Program-made: the position numbers and the translations under genes | Shown here: positions 36,901 to 50,525 of the stretch, in pieces | Layout: the number at the start of each line of letters is the position of its first letter | How positions within the stretch are numbered: position 1 is the first letter of the stretch | NCBI GenBank assembly: GCA_036172245.1 | Contig: JAYWIR010000055.1 | Coordinates: 310,001-374,000 of the forward strand | DNA length: 64,000 bases | Source: Raillietiella orientalis | Lineage: Eukaryota | Direction: 5' to 3' | The notes under the pieces: generated by a model | The model's database searches: none | The model's input: only the letters and a program-made list of their open reading frames with translations | What the model was told of the DNA's origin: nothing

Positions 36901-39900
36901 TTCCTTCCCCCCAGGACCAGGGACCCTCCACGGACCCCTGCGTCGCCTTTCCCGGGTGCTCAGCCGTCAACCGATTGGGTCCCTCTCCTTCCAGAGCCGC
37001 GAGAGCGAGTGGACCGGAGGGGAGGCTCCCCCTCCTCCTCCAGACCCTTCCTCGAACCGGAATGCGGGAGCTCCAGGCAGCCGGGGCTGCCCCCCTTGCC
37101 ACTCTGCCGCGGCGGCTGCCGCCTCGTGGAGTCCCGGCGGTCCACCCCACCGCCACTCCCTGAGGCGCTCGCCGCCGCCGCCGTTACCCCTGACTGAACG
37201 TCCGGGAGCTCCCTGCAGAGCGGGGAGTTCGGGCCGCCTCCCTCCCACTTGGGGCGCGCTCCAACGCTCCAGCTCTTACCCTTCTTCCGCTACCCCGCCT
37301 TGCCCATCTCGGGTCCGAGGGCGCACGGTCGCCTCCCTTGGGAGCCCCAGACGTCCCTGGCCGCCTCCTGGCGTGATCGAAGGGTCGCCATCAGAAAAAG
37401 TAAGTCACCTGCTCACCCTCCCCTGTGGAGGCTCTGGGGACTCTCGGCTCCTCCCTTTCTGGCCCGCGGGGTTGCTGATGGTCTCGAGACACAGGAAGCC
37501 GAGGGAGGAGAGACCCGAGGTCCGGGAGGAGTCTCTAGGGCCCCCCAGAGGCCGCCGCCGTGTCGTACTCTGCGGCGTCGCTCTCCACAAACCCCCCGGG
37601 GCACGCGCGCGGAAAGAGGAGCCAACTGCACGTGAACCCGAGAGGCGGCCCTCCCTCGCCTTCTGGCGCCCGCCCGTTCGCTGTGGCCTGCTGTCCCTCG
37701 TCTGGAGGAGCAGAGGTCACTCCAGACCCTGTGGGGGATGCAGGGTGGGTCGAGGGCGATCCGAGAAGGAGCAGACCTTCTGGCGAGGCCCCGGGCGCAC
37801 GAGGTTAGTCCTGGGAAGCGACCTGCTTGCAGGGCAGGTAGCAGGCGGTCGGTCCTCAGTCGAGCTGGCCCCTGACGGAGGGGCTTGGGCAAGGGAAGAC
37901 GCTCCTCCGGGGGGTCCCAGGGGCTTTTTCGTAACAGTCTGTGGAGCACCCCGCTTCGAGAGCCCCACGCCGCGGGGCCCTCGAAGAATGGGAATGAGTT
38001 CGCTGCCGCGACGGTCCGGCGGGTGGTCATCTGTTGGTCATGCAGCCCCCCTTCCGGAAGACACTTCAGCGCCCCTGCGGGTGGGGCTTCCAGGCGGCTG
38101 CGTGGCCTGGTTGCCAGGGGCACTGCGCGTTCAGAGGGATGGGGTTCGCCTCCCTGCATGCCGGTGGCAGGCGAAGGCCATCCGTCGGAGGGTGCACGCC
38201 GAAACCCCTGGACGCTGCACTCCACGCGCCCCAGCGCGGGAGACGTGGCCGCCGATCAGAGGAGGGAGAGTTACTCCTGGAAGCGCAGGTGGCGCTTCTG
38301 CGACCGGGAGCCACCGAGAAGGGGGAGGGGACCCCCTCCGGCCTCCTGAGGGTGCGGCGCCGCTCCCTTCCTCCAGGGAGGACCAGTACCGAGGGCTGCT
38401 CTCCCGCCTTGAGGGGGGGACGCCCCTGCCTGGAACCCCTCGCGACAGTAAGGGGAGAGGTGGGCGTAGCTCCCCGACCCCTCCAGTGCCTCTGAGCTTT
38501 CCTGGACAAAGTCCCCGGCGTTTTCACGGCGACCGCGTCTGCGGCGGCGCAGTCCTGCGTGAGGACGTGCGCTGTTTGGAAGTGCATCTACCCACTAATC
38601 CCCCCCCCCCCCCCCTGTCCTCGCTTAGAGGGGGGGGGAAGCGCTTCTCATTCGCCGACTACTACACGCTTCCTCGAGGCTGGAGGTCAGGAAGGAGGGA
38701 AACCCCGCGCCCCTTCCGCCTAGCTGCTGTGGCCGGTGAGGCCTCTCCCCTTCGCTGAAGGGAGAAGTGGGGGAGGAGATAGCCGTGTCGAAAGGGTCGG
38801 GCGCCACTTGGAAGCGCCCCGCGACGGCTCATCCTTCACGGACGGGAGCTCCGGCTTTTCTACGCCCACGCGGTGACAGGTTCGCCTCCTCGGCGTCCGG
38901 AATTTCCTGGGAAGAGTGCCGCCGGAGTCTCGGAAAATTAAAAAGGAAAGAGAGAAAAAAAAGAAAGGGTAGAGGCTGCCCTCCCTTTGGCCGTGATGCG
39001 CCGAGGACTCTCACGCGTACGCGGGATGGAAGCCGTCGCCAAGGCTGCAGAGGAACCGGCGGCTGTTCCCCCCCCCTTCTCCAGAGAGGAAGGGGAGGGG
39101 CCGCGGAAGGGTGTGCGCCTCGGGGCTAGCGGAAGAGAGAGACCTCTGTCCCGTGGATGGTCTTCCGCGCGGAGGCCCCCGCGGCGCAGACCGAGAGACG
39201 CTGATTACAAGGGCGGAGCCGCCGCTGCTTCCCGAGGCGTGAGCGCCGTGATCCGGGCGTCTGGCGGTTGGACTGCGCTCTCGGGAGGGCCGCACGACCC
39301 CTCTGTCGCGCGCTCCTTCCCGGGGCCACGCGTCAGTCACGTCCCGTCGAGACGTCCCTCCGCTCTCGGGCGCCACATCGCGGGGAGGAGCAGCACCGCG
39401 GGGGACGCCGCTCGCCCCGTCCTCACGACTTCTCCCCTTCCTCCCCTCCTCTCTTTCTCTCTCTCTTGCGCGCGTGGCGGCAGCCGGGATTGAGTGGAGC
39501 AGCGCACAGGTCAGGTCACCGCCGCGGGGATGAGAAGGGCCAGCGGCGGCCTCCAAGCGCGATCCGCGGTGGGAGACCACATGGGAGAGGGCGCGGTTCG
39601 CCCTGGCCCTTCCTGGTGCTCGCAGCCTTCGTTCCCTTCCGCGCGAAAGGGCGGTCGCAGCGCCGCCGCCTCGGCCCACAGGCCGCGGGTTCCAGGGAGG
39701 CTGCGGCGGCTCCTCTTCCGCGGGACCCCTCGGGAGGAGTCCCGTGCCTCACTGGACGCGTGCGCACTTCCGGCAAGGCGGAGATATGGCCGACGGTGCT
39801 CTTCCGCCCCCATGGAGGAGGGGGTCGTGGGGTGGCACCTCCTTGCAATGGAGATTCCCCTGCGGCAGTTCCAAGCCCTCCCGAGGAGGTGTTCGCCGGA

Positions 39901-42900
39901 TCGAAGTGACGGGGGAGGGATTGAGGCTCACTTCGAGAGCCCTGCTCCAAAAGGGGGAGGAACGGGAGTCGAAGGGGTTCCGCCCTCTAAAGCGAACACC
40001 CCCGAACCAGGGGGGAGAGGATCGGGAGCGGCGGAGGCGACCGGGTAGTTGGTCGCCTCCGCGGAAGGGTGGCTTCCGGTGGGTGCGCTGAGCCAACGGC
40101 GAGACCGAATGGGGATGGGAAGGGTCACGGCGGTGCCGGGAGGGAAGAGTAGCGGAAGCGCCGGCCCTGTTTGGGCAGTCCGTCCGAGTGCGCGCGGTCC
40201 GTAGTGCTGGCAACACTGCGTGTTATAGGTATACTTCTTGGACCCACCGACGGGTCGCCTCCTCCCTCCGGCCTTCCCTCGCTCGCGCTCCGTGGCCCAG
40301 AGTGCTACAGGTGCCCCCGAGGGCTGCTGGTCACTTGTCGATCCGGACAGATGCCTCCGCAGCGGGCCGCCGTCCACATCTCTGGCGACACCCGCGGGAG
40401 CTCCCCTCGAGGGTGGGGGTGGGCGAACACTGCCTCTCCCGCCCGTCACCCTGGCCGGTGCTCCTTGAGCCGGATCGCTACCGGGCCGACCGCCCTTCGC
40501 GCTGCGCGGCGGCACGAACGCCCAAGTGCACTCCCACGCCGCTCGACCCCTTATTTATTCCCACTAATCGTCTCCGGTTGCCCGGGAGAGAGCGGGACCG
40601 ATCCCCTCCGGGAGGAAGGCTGCGGTGTAGTCTGTCGCGGCGACATCCCGTGCTTCTCCCTCGCGCCGCTAGTAGGGAGCGCGCGCGCGCGCCAGAGGAT
40701 GTGAGGGTGGGGAGGGAGGAGCGAGGTTGACGTCGGAGCGTGTCTTGCTTCCGGGTTCAGGGGGGGACGGCCGGCCCTCGCCCGGGAACGGGCGCCATCG
40801 TCTTTTTTCCACCGCCATCACAACCGTCGTCAGCGCGCCTGCCATCTCGGGGCAGTCGCCACCGCGTCGCCCCGGTCTGCGACCGGGGGTTCGTACTGGT
40901 CAGGCAAGGATCCCAGGAAGAGAGGAGCAGAGGAAGAGGAGCAAGAGTGCCCCATTGAGGGATACGCAGGGAGCGGGGCGGGCAGGTCGCGCGACTCGCT
41001 GTCTCCGCTGCCGTCCGAAGGGACGCGGGCAGGAGGAGGAGGCACCTTGCCTTGGGGCGCTGGCGCTGCCTTTGCGCGGGCGGGAAGGCGGGTGGAGACT
41101 CCCACTCCCCCCTTCCTCTTTCCCTGCTGCTACCGAGGGTCACTCCGTTCGGCTGCGCCGCGCGCTAGCTCGAAAGACGGGTGCAGGGAGCTGGAGGGCC
41201 TGGGCAAGGTGCGCCCGCTCTCGGAGCGGGCTCGGAACCCGCATGCCAGACTCCCGCACTAGCGGGACAACGCTGAGAAGCCGCCCGCGGTCCCCGAAAA
41301 GGCGGAAGACTTCCAGAGAGAGGGTTCGGGCTTAATTAGGTCCGGAGACTTCCCGACGGGAGAAGAGCCACGGCCCTCAGGGGAAAGGGGTCAAAGCTTC
41401 CCTCAAGGGATCGCCGCCGATGACCCACTGTTCCCCCTGTGGGGCTAGCAGCCACGCGCTTCGGCACACCCTTCGGGGAGTCGATCTCGCCCTGCACCTT
41501 CTTGCCCTCTCGAGGTCGTACGCCCCTCCCTTCTCCTTCTCCCCGTCTTGACGTCTCCAGTGGACGGCGCTCCCAGGCAGCCAGTCCTGCGCCCGCTCGG
41601 GAAGCGGAGGCGTCTCCCTCTCTGCCGCGCAGGGGGGCCGTCGGAGCGCCGCAGGCTAGGCAGACCTGCCCGCCAGGGTCTCCCTGGAGGACCTCCCAGC
41701 TCCACCCCTTGCGTTCAGAGTTATCCTGCAACGGGCGACGGCAGCGTCGCTGCTCCTTCCCCTCCTCCCCCAGGGAAGGGGCAGTGATGGCAGCGGAGGT
41801 GGCACTGCGGCTTTGCGTGCGACGGCGGCGCCCCGAGCTGTGCCGTTAGCCACGGGAGAACCCACCCAATCTCCCCTCCCCCTGACCTTTCCGCGTAAGT
41901 CGCGTCCCCTCCATCGACCTGGCCCCTTTCTCGTTGCGTGTCAAGCGGCTTCTTCAGGTGGGGAGTTCCACCGTCGCAGAGGAACAGCCGAGGCCTCTCG
42001 TGGCGGTCGGGCCGCGAAGGGCAGCTGACGGGGAGCCTTTCTAGCTGCCCTCTCCCTCCCTGGAAGCCCTTCGTTTCTCTCGGTGCCGGGGAGACCGGGG
42101 TAGGGAGGCAGAGAGGAGCCGCCTGGACAAAAGGGGCCGGCTCCAAGGCTCCTGCGTGGCTTTGTGCCCCTCACTTTCTTCCCGGGTGGGCGGGAAGTGG
42201 GTCGGCACGCTCACCGCGAGTCAAGGGGCTGCCGGTCGGTGGGTGGTGAAGGGTTTGCCTGACGGTCTGCTGCTCCGGAGGGAACCACCCGCACCCCGCG
42301 ACGGTTGCCTGGCGACGGGATTGCGGTCAGGGCGCGCGCCACCATCGCCGAAAGGGCCCGGATTAAGACGACTTCTTCTGGTCGCTCGTCGCGTCCTCGG
42401 TGCGCCGCAGGGCCGCTCCCAGGAGGGAAGCTGCGGGCTTGACTCGGGAGAACGGTTGGGGGTGCGCGCTACCTTGCAAGAGGCGCTCCCTCTGGCGAAA
42501 GTCTCCTCCATCCGCGGACGCTCTGTCGCCAAAACCGGCTCACGGGGAGCCACCTAGGGCTCCGGAATGGGGACCTCCTCCGGAAGCGCGCTCTGCCCTG
42601 CCAACGAAGACCCGGAGCACCCCGAGGAAGAGGGAGGGGGAGTTTCGAGCGGTCGGGGTCGCGGGAAGGTCGGCGCGCCCGTCAGGCCGCCACTGCGGCC
42701 CGCTCGCGGAAGTCCCTCCTGGCCCCTCCTCCCCCTGCCCTCCCTCCGTCCCTCTGGAGGACCGTTCTGAGGGACCACGCGCAACGAGCAGGCACTCCCA
42801 TAGCCCATGCGGATGTCTTCGCACGATCGCGGGCAGTGGGCGGGCCCATAACGCCCCCGAGCGCTGCACGGGAAAAATGTGACTCAGCTCACCACCTTCC

Positions 42901-43612
42901 CGGAGAGTTCCTCCGGACAATGCGCGGGCATCTGCCCCCCCCCCCCCTCCTCTATCATTCTCTCTGGCTTTGTCACGGAGACGGCCTCCATGCCTTATGA
43001 CCCCTCCTCGCCACGACCTCCGGATGCGGGGAAGAACTGCCCCGGAACACACGCGCTCGGCGGGGCGGAGGGGAGCTCCGAACTTCCTCTGCGAGCTCGC
43101 GAGCGCTCCGCCGGGTTGAGCCCCTTCGGGTGGTGCGTGGACCGACGGCGAGGGCGTTCTCCTTCCCTGTCGACCGAGCGGCCGCTTCTCGCTCCTCCCC
43201 TCCCTCCCGCATCCCTTCTCGTCTTCCCTGGGAGGGGATCCGGGGCGAGAGGGGTCAGGTGAGTTCCGGGGCGCCGCGGGTCGCTTGCCAACGCGTCGTC
43301 GGCGTCGTCTCACTCGCCCGGCTGCCGCCGTAGCAGCAACGGCAGCAGCGGCGGCGGCGCGTTGCGGCCGCCGCGCCTCAGTCCGTTCTGGAACGCCGAC
43401 CGCGGCGGCCGTGCGAGTGCGTCGTCCTCGTCGTCTTTGTCGCCGTCGCGTGCGAAGAGGAGGAGGAGGAGGAGAATCAGCGCGCGCGCGCGCGCGTCCT
43501 GAATTCCCCCACGCGGCCGGCCGGCGATCGCCGGTCATGTGACACGCCCCAGAGCCCGCCCACCCCTCCCTCCGTCTCTCCCGCGAGCCCGGCTCTCTGC
43601 GCCCCGGCCGCC

Positions 43613-44032
43613 ATGGCGACGAAGGAAGCAGCCTCCGCCGGCGACCACCGCCGGGGCCACCGCCGGGGCCACCACTCCTCCCAGCAGCAGCAGCAGCAGC
43701 AGCAGCAGAGGCGGTCGCCACCGCCGCCGTGCCCCCAAGCACACGGTGGCGGAGGCGGACCGGGAGACCTGCCACCGCCGCCGCCTCCGCAGGCACCCTG
43801 GACCGCTGACGACGACCCCCCGGAGGACCCCGCGGCCGACCCGTGGAAGGAGTTCTCCGAGTACCAGGAGAGGCAGATCGCCTTCCTGGAGCACAGCCTC
43901 CGGAGCCTCGCCCTCTACTACCAGTGCCGGGAGAAGTCGCTACTGATGAAGATCTCGGCCCTGAAGAGCCGCTCCAGGGGCCGCCTCGAGATCGAAGGCA
44001 GGCCTTCCCCACCACCGCCGCCACCACCAGCG
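43613..44032 (+). CDS. First coding exon of an unidentified large gene (polyQ/polyP N-terminus plus predicted helical segment)
   Basis: Strong Kozak GCCGCCATGG; codon-biased segment WKEFSEYQERQIAFLEHSLRSLALYYQCREKSLLMKISALK; phase-0 GCG|GTGAGT donor at 44033; another CAG|GTGAGT donor upstream at 43259. Confidence 0.65.
43682..43708 (+). repeat. (CAG)9 microsatellite encoding polyQ
   Basis: Directly visible CAG run within the coding exon. Confidence 0.9.
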
Positions 44033-46484
44033 GTGAGTTCTCGCCCCTTTGCCCCGCGCCCTCTCCATGGCCCTTCCCCTTGCTGTCCCCTCCTTTCCCC
44101 CGGCCTTCTGCCCGGGCGTCGCGCGTGTTCTCCAGGCCGGCGAGGCCACAGTTGGGTCGGCGCCGCCGCCCGGGGGGAGGGGCCACGAGAGGGCACGTTC
44201 TGAGTGGGCTCATCCGCGTCGATCTGCGGGCATGAGCGAGACGAAGAGCTGTGAGGCCGCTGCACCCTTCTGCCTCTGCGGCAGTCTTTGATAGGGGGGG
44301 AGGGGGGGGGTCAATCCGTTCTGCCGGCTCGGCGGTGGCCCGAGGTGCCATGGCGGAGGACGCTCGAAGTGGGAGATGGGGGAGATCGTTCCGGGAGAGG
44401 AGGAGGAGATGGCCAGACCCCACTTCCCCACTTCCTCGCGCCCCCTCGCTTCCCGCAACCTTCGTTGGACCGAAGGGGCGGGCCGTGGGGGTGAAGTGAA
44501 AAGGGGGCTCCCTCGCTTCTCTCTGCTCCTTCCTGGAGACGAGGATGGGCGCACCTTGTGGCAGACGGGCGCGCTACTTCCCCCGTCCTCGGAGGTCAGG
44601 GACACGATGGCCAGTGGGCGGGAGATGCTAGGGGGCCGCTCCTGGCGAGGCCGGCAGGGAGCTTCCCAAAGATCTTCGAGGGGGAGGCAGTATTCGGGTG
44701 GAGGCTGCGATCCGTCTCGAGGGGGCTAAAAATACTCCTGGGATGTTTGGGCGGGCTCCCCGCGCAGGGATGCTGCGGGGGAGCCTGCGAGACGTCGGCG
44801 GCGGAGGAAGAGGGTTAGCGTCCCTTCCTCCCCGCGAGGGTGTCCCGGAGCCCCTCCGGCAGAAGCCTCGGGGCGCCTCGACCTCCTTGACTCTCCTCTC
44901 CCTCCTGTACCACCTCCCGCGCCCCTCCGGAACGATTCCTGGAAGTCTTTCCCCGGAGGCAAAGGGGGGGAGGGAAGAGGGGAGTTCCCGGAACGAAGCG
45001 CTCCCCCGAAGGGACCGTCGCTCTCCTTCCTGCCCTCTCCGCCTTCCTTTCTTCACCTCCGTCACCCCCCTCCGCGATCGCGATCGCCTCTCTCCAGCCT
45101 TCCCTCAGGTTCGCTGGAAGGAAGAAGGGGAAGGGGACAGGGCAGGAGGGAAAGTCGGTTCCCGGTTCCCCCTCTTCCTTGACGTTAACGGGGATCATCG
45201 GCGTCATCCGTCTTTTCTGGGATGGCGGGCGTGGGGCGGAGCGCGCGGGGGCGCGCCCGAGCGGCACGTCCTGGCGCCGGCGTCCGCAGCATGGGTGGGC
45301 CGCCCGCTCTCTCATCCCCCTCCTCCTCCTCCCGATGCCTCCTCTCCGCGGCGGCAGGATGGAAGGGGAGCTCTCCCACTTTACCCTGTCGAGAGTGCCT
45401 TCCTTCTCCGCTCCCGAGACAAGATTCGTCGCTCCGGAAGGGCGGACTTTCCCGAGCCCCGTGCCTCCACCTCCCTTTCCCTTCTCGGGGGATGAGGGGG
45501 GAGAAACATCTGCCGTTCACCCCACCAGCCCACTCTGCAGGCTCCGTGAGGAGGCAGGAGGAGGAAAGACACTTAGATGCAGCAGCAGCAGCATCCTGCA
45601 GAGGCCCTTCCTCGAAGCACGCTCGCGCCGTCAGGAGCCTCTCCCCGCTCCGAGGGTGTAGCGCCGTCTCCATCTCCGGGGGTTCTCGGAAGCCGTAGTC
45701 CCGGCAACGCGAGCATCCCTCTCGTAGAAACTCCACCACCACCGCTGCCGGTTCCGCTGGGAAGGGGGCTGAGAGGCTGCCGAGCGTCAGAACGAACCAC
45801 CGCGGAACTCGTCCCGCTCGTCTCTAGCACGCGCGCGCACCCCAGCTGTGTCCACCCCCCCCCCCGTCTCTCTTTCCTTTCACCGAAGTTCCAAGTCCTG
45901 TTTCCGTGCCCGTTTTCGGAGACGCTTCCGCTGCTTCATCGTGGGGCCGCCGTTCTTCACCCGTGGCGGACTGTGGTTAAGAGCCGACCGGTTCTCCCGG
46001 GACCGCGGAGCGTCCGGAGGCAACATGTGCCCTCGGCGGATCCTCCGGGCAGGCTATTCCGCAGCGGCAGGGCACTTCACAAGAGAGACAAGGGACAGCA
46101 ATGCCCGTCACAAAGAGAAGGCTGACTCGGTGTGACGGCAGGGCGCGGGGCCTGTGGCATCCACCGGAAGTGTTCCTCTCTGACGGAAGGCGCTCGGAAA
46201 ATCGACTGTCTTCGCTCGGTTCCACAGGTACCTTCTGCTGCCTTTGGAGAGCCCGTCGAGAGCTGCCGCCTCCTCGTTCCTCCTCCCGGTTCGTGTTCCG
46301 GGTACAAATCCTCCCAACGGTAACGATTTTCTGTGGGGATTCCTTCTCGTCCCCTGCTGCCACGCGGGGGGAAACCGCGACTGGTCACAGGAGCGACACC
46401 GCACTTCCAGCTACGGGAGGCGGCCCCGTGCGAAAAGTGGGTCGCGCCGAGCGAGACGCCGGTGAAAGAGACGACATGGCGGGT

Positions 46485-46628
46485 GCGCGACGCCGGACTC
46501 GAGCGAGCAACAATGCCGGGGGCCGCGCGGGTGTGCAACAATGCGAGCCAGCCGGACGGGTGCACAACGATGGCGCGACGCCGGACTCGAGCGAGCAACA
46601 ATGCCGGGGGCCGCGCGGGTGTGCAACA
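46485..46628 (+). repeat. 56-nt direct repeat, two exact copies, 88-nt period
   Basis: GCGCGACGCCGGACTCGAGCGAGCAACAATGCCGGGGGCCGCGCGGGTGTGCAACA at 46485-46540 and 46573-46628. Confidence 0.9.
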
Positions 46629-49600
46629 GGGAGGGAGGAAAGACCCGCGGCGCGATTGGCCACTCGGAAAGTGGGAAAGTGCGGTCCGAAGCGCCTTCCG
46701 GAAAAACAAGCTCGGGGGTGTTCCCTTCTCTCTCGTGGCAGGGATAGAATCGCAACCTGTGGAGCACGGCAGCCATTTCCTTGGTGATCGCAGGGCCTGC
46801 GCGAAAGGAGGGGAAACCGCTGAAAGAGCGTTCGTCTCCTGTGTGAACGCGCGACCGATTGAGCAGAACATTCCCTCGCTGTACCTTACCTCGGGACTGA
46901 GATGCCGGAACGAAGCTCGAAGGGGGAACTCCCACACGTGCTACGAAGGAGCGCGAGCACGTCGATTCCCGGGACCATCGTCGATTTTTCAGGGATTGGC
47001 CGAATCCGAAAGTGCCCACCGGGATGCGCGTTCGACGTGTCCGCAATTCCCAGTTCGATGACCGCAACCTGCCCTCGCTAGGCGGCAACTCTTTCTTCTT
47101 TTCGCTCCTTCCCCTGCGTCATCTTCCCGGGGATACTTCCCTTGTCTGCAGCCGCTCCCGAATTTCGCAACGTTGAGAAAACTCGAATCCCGCGGGAAAT
47201 CTTCGCGGAGTCTGGTAGGAAGTTCACGGCACCAGGAGCTGCTCCTCCTCCTCCCGCTGGGCGCGCGCGAGCACCCGCGTTCCGGAAGTTGGCGCTCCGT
47301 GGAGCGAGGAAATCCGAGTTTTCGCCGTCTCTCACGCGTCCTCGGAGAAAGAAGGGGGGTTCCTTTCGACCCGCATGCTCGTGCGGACTTCCCGAGCCGA
47401 GGGCAGTTCGGGAAATGGTTGATGCTCTGACCGGGAGCTCCGGAGACGACATCACCGTCGTATTCTTTTCTGGAGCGGGACCTCGGCGGCGAGGGACGAA
47501 TCTTCGGAGAAGCGAGCGCGTTCCCCTCGCTGGGGTTGCAGCTGCGGTCCGGTGCGAAGACGCCGGAGGCTTTCCTGGAACGCAGGAATTCTGCTCGCCG
47601 GCATGAAGGTCGTCCACGGGGAGTGACGAGGCCGAGCCATGCTGGGGTGTCCGTCCTCCCTGGTCACGGAGGACCGAGCTGCTCCAGCTAGGAGCGTGGG
47701 GGGTGGGGTGGGGATGACGCCTGTATGCCGAGCTGCCGCGCCCACAGGGTGCTCGCTCCCGGATCCTCCGCACTTTCCGTCGCCTTCCGCGCGCGGTGCG
47801 GCACGTTCCGAGGTGCCTCGTGTGCGTGGTGAGTTCTATTTTTAGTCCACGAGGGAGGGTCACCTCTCGGACCTCAGCAGCTGTTTAAGCCGCCCTCATG
47901 AACGACCGCGCGGTGGCGCGCCGAAAGGGGCGCAGATGGTGAAAGGGAAGGGCGCTTGCGGTGGCGTCCCTCTCCTTCCCAGCTGCGAGCAAGGCCGTCA
48001 GCGGGACAGCGAAGGGTCGGGTGTGGGCGAGGCACCCCTTCGCCTCTTTCCACCCCATCCGCCTGCCCATTCGTCCGGGCGCACATCCCACCTCTCAAGG
48101 CAGCGGGTTTACGGAGCATTTTTTCATCCGGCGTCCCACGGGAAGATGGATGGTGATGGGGAAGAGGAGGGGGAGCGGGTCGCGTCGCTCCTCCTCCTCT
48201 GAGTCCTTAGGCAGAGAGTCAATTAGCCGTGAAAGGGAGACTCCCTCTCCCCCCTTTTCTCTCCCGCTTCTCCCTCTCCCCCGGGAGCGACGGGTCTCCC
48301 GCAAGTGGGAAAGGGGAGTCCGAAACCAACTGCGAGGGGAAGGGCAGGCAAGGAATGTGCGAGGGACGGCTGCTGTCGGGGTCTCCGCGTCTGCGGCCCG
48401 GTCTAGGAAATCTCCCTCGAGGCTTCCACTTGTTTCCCTGGGGGTCCGAGCGCCGCGCCCAGAGTGGACTCTCTCACCCCCTCCCTCCCCCTTCCTCGGC
48501 GTGCCGTCGGTCCCTGCACGGGGATGAACAGCAGCTGGCGGCCCTTCGCCCCTTTCCCTCCCGGCCTTCCCGGACGCCGCACCTTCCTCTTCTCTCCTAT
48601 CGCCCCGGAAACGCCGCCCAGAGGAGAGGAAGGGATCATCCTCGGGCGGTGAGCAGCGCCGTCGTAGTCACGGGCGCCCTGTCGGGCGGCCCCGTCCGCG
48701 GCCCGCTCCTTCGCCTTCTCCTCCTCTCTTCTCCTCTTCCTCCCTCTCTCCTTTTCGTGCGTTGCGAGGAAACCTCCTCCGCTAGCCCCGCTTGCCCGCC
48801 GCGGCCGCACCTCCCGTGGCACCTTTTTCGATGGGGAGAGAGGCGGTCCAGGGCGGGGAAGGGCGACGCGTGCTGCTCGAGAAAAAGTGGGTGCTCTCTA
48901 CCGCCGGAAGGGGCGTGCGGAAGCCGTGCATTCCTCGTGCCTACCCTGCGCTCCTCTTCCGCCTTCCTCCCTCATGCCACCCGGGAGTGAAACCGTTGCC
49001 TCCGTCACCGGTGCGCCACCCTTGGTGGAGTGGCACGCGCTTTGGAATCCCTGCTTTCCTCCCTTGAGTCCCGGCAAAAGCCGGAGGCGGAGAGGGACTT
49101 CCGCGTCGCCACGGCTCCCTGGGCCCTTGGAACCGGGACGCAGCGGCGAACTCGACGGTCTCTGGTAAGGAGGGAGGGAGCAGCTGGGAACCCTCGGAAG
49201 GTCAGTTTCCTGCGGTCTCTCGCCAAAATGGCACAAGGCAACCTCGGGGTGGTGCGGTTGGGGGAGGAGAGCCGGCAATTCCTCTTGCGTTCTCCCCTCT
49301 CCCCTCCTTGCCTTTCCTGCTCTTTGTCCTTGCGGTCCTTCAAGCATCGCGACGCGTGGGCGCCGCCTTCGTCGCACACACTCGGGGAGGATCCTCGGGG
49401 GTCGAAAGCTCCCCGGGTGTCGTCCGCGAGTGAGTTCTCGGCATCCCTTTGTCTCCCGTCCTTTCCCCGCCGACTGCGCCCCTCTCCATCGTCCTCCCCT
49501 TCCTTCCCTTCGGGCGCCTTTTATTTCGCGCTCTTCAGCAGAAAGATCCCTCTGCGGCGCCAGTCCCCTCCATCCGCTAAATCGGTCCGTTTCTCGGGAG

Positions 49601-50484
49601 ACGCGCGGAAATCGCAGGCTTTCCCCCCTCGGCTGTTCCGAGCGATGCTGCTGGAAGCTGCTCCTAAGATGTAATATGTCCTTGCACCACGCCGCTGGTA
49701 TTCCGCCGCGGCCGTTCGTCTCCCTGAATGCAAATGATCGTCGGGCGTGTTCTTGCGCCGCGGCCGAGTCTTTCACAGCTCGCCCTTCTCCGGATCATCA
49801 GCACCACCGTAACCCTCTCGTTTCCCTCACGTGCAGCTGCTGCCGCCGCCGCCGTTCCTCCTCGAGTCGCTTCCGAGGCGTCCTCCCCGCTCCGTCCCGC
49901 CTCGCTCCTTTGCAAAGATCGCAATTCTTCCCGGATCGCCGTTCCTCTCCCCTCCTCTCCCTCCTCCAGGTCCAGTTACCCGGCTTCCTCCTGGTGGGGG
50001 ACGCCCTGCTTTTCGATTGACTGCTCCCTTTCCTCCTCTCTGTATCCGAGTGGCTCGCAATCCATTTTTCATCATGCAGCCATCTTCTCCGCCTTTCATT
50101 TCTGCCCGCTTTTCGGGAAACAGACAAATGGGACTCTGCCGTAGCCGTTTTATCCATGTGGCATGTTCCGCTCTTCCGAATTCTGTCCAGCGTCTCATGG
50201 GACTAATCATTCCTTATGGTGCTCTTTGAGATTCAAATTCGTGATGTCTGTCACGTCAATCATCGTTCCGTTATAAATCGAAATTCTCAGATATGCAATT
50301 TGTTGCGAAGGCCTGTTGTAAGAGCGGGAAAAAAAAAAAAAAAAATCATTTGCTCGCTGGGAAACGTGAACGAGGTTCCCGATTGTTTCCTTCGGTTCCC
50401 AGGGTGATGAAACTCTCGCCAGACACGTGCCTTTCCATTAAAAACCGCTTGGGCCTCTCGCTCAAAAGTTCAGCTCACTGCTTG

Positions 50485-50525
50485 CAGCAGCAGCAGCAGC
50501 AGAAGAAGAAGAAGAAGAAGAAGAA
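50485..50525 (+). repeat. Compound (CAG)n(AAG)n microsatellite
   Basis: Directly visible. Confidence 0.85.

Noticed and set aside
36494..38758. 754-aa ORF (also 42540-44423, 54514-56250, 54611-56329, 56720-57952, 59719-60945)
   Set aside because: R/P/G/S/A-rich translations, open in several overlapping frames on both strands, no domains or codon periodicity; expected from stop-codon scarcity in very GC-rich DNA.
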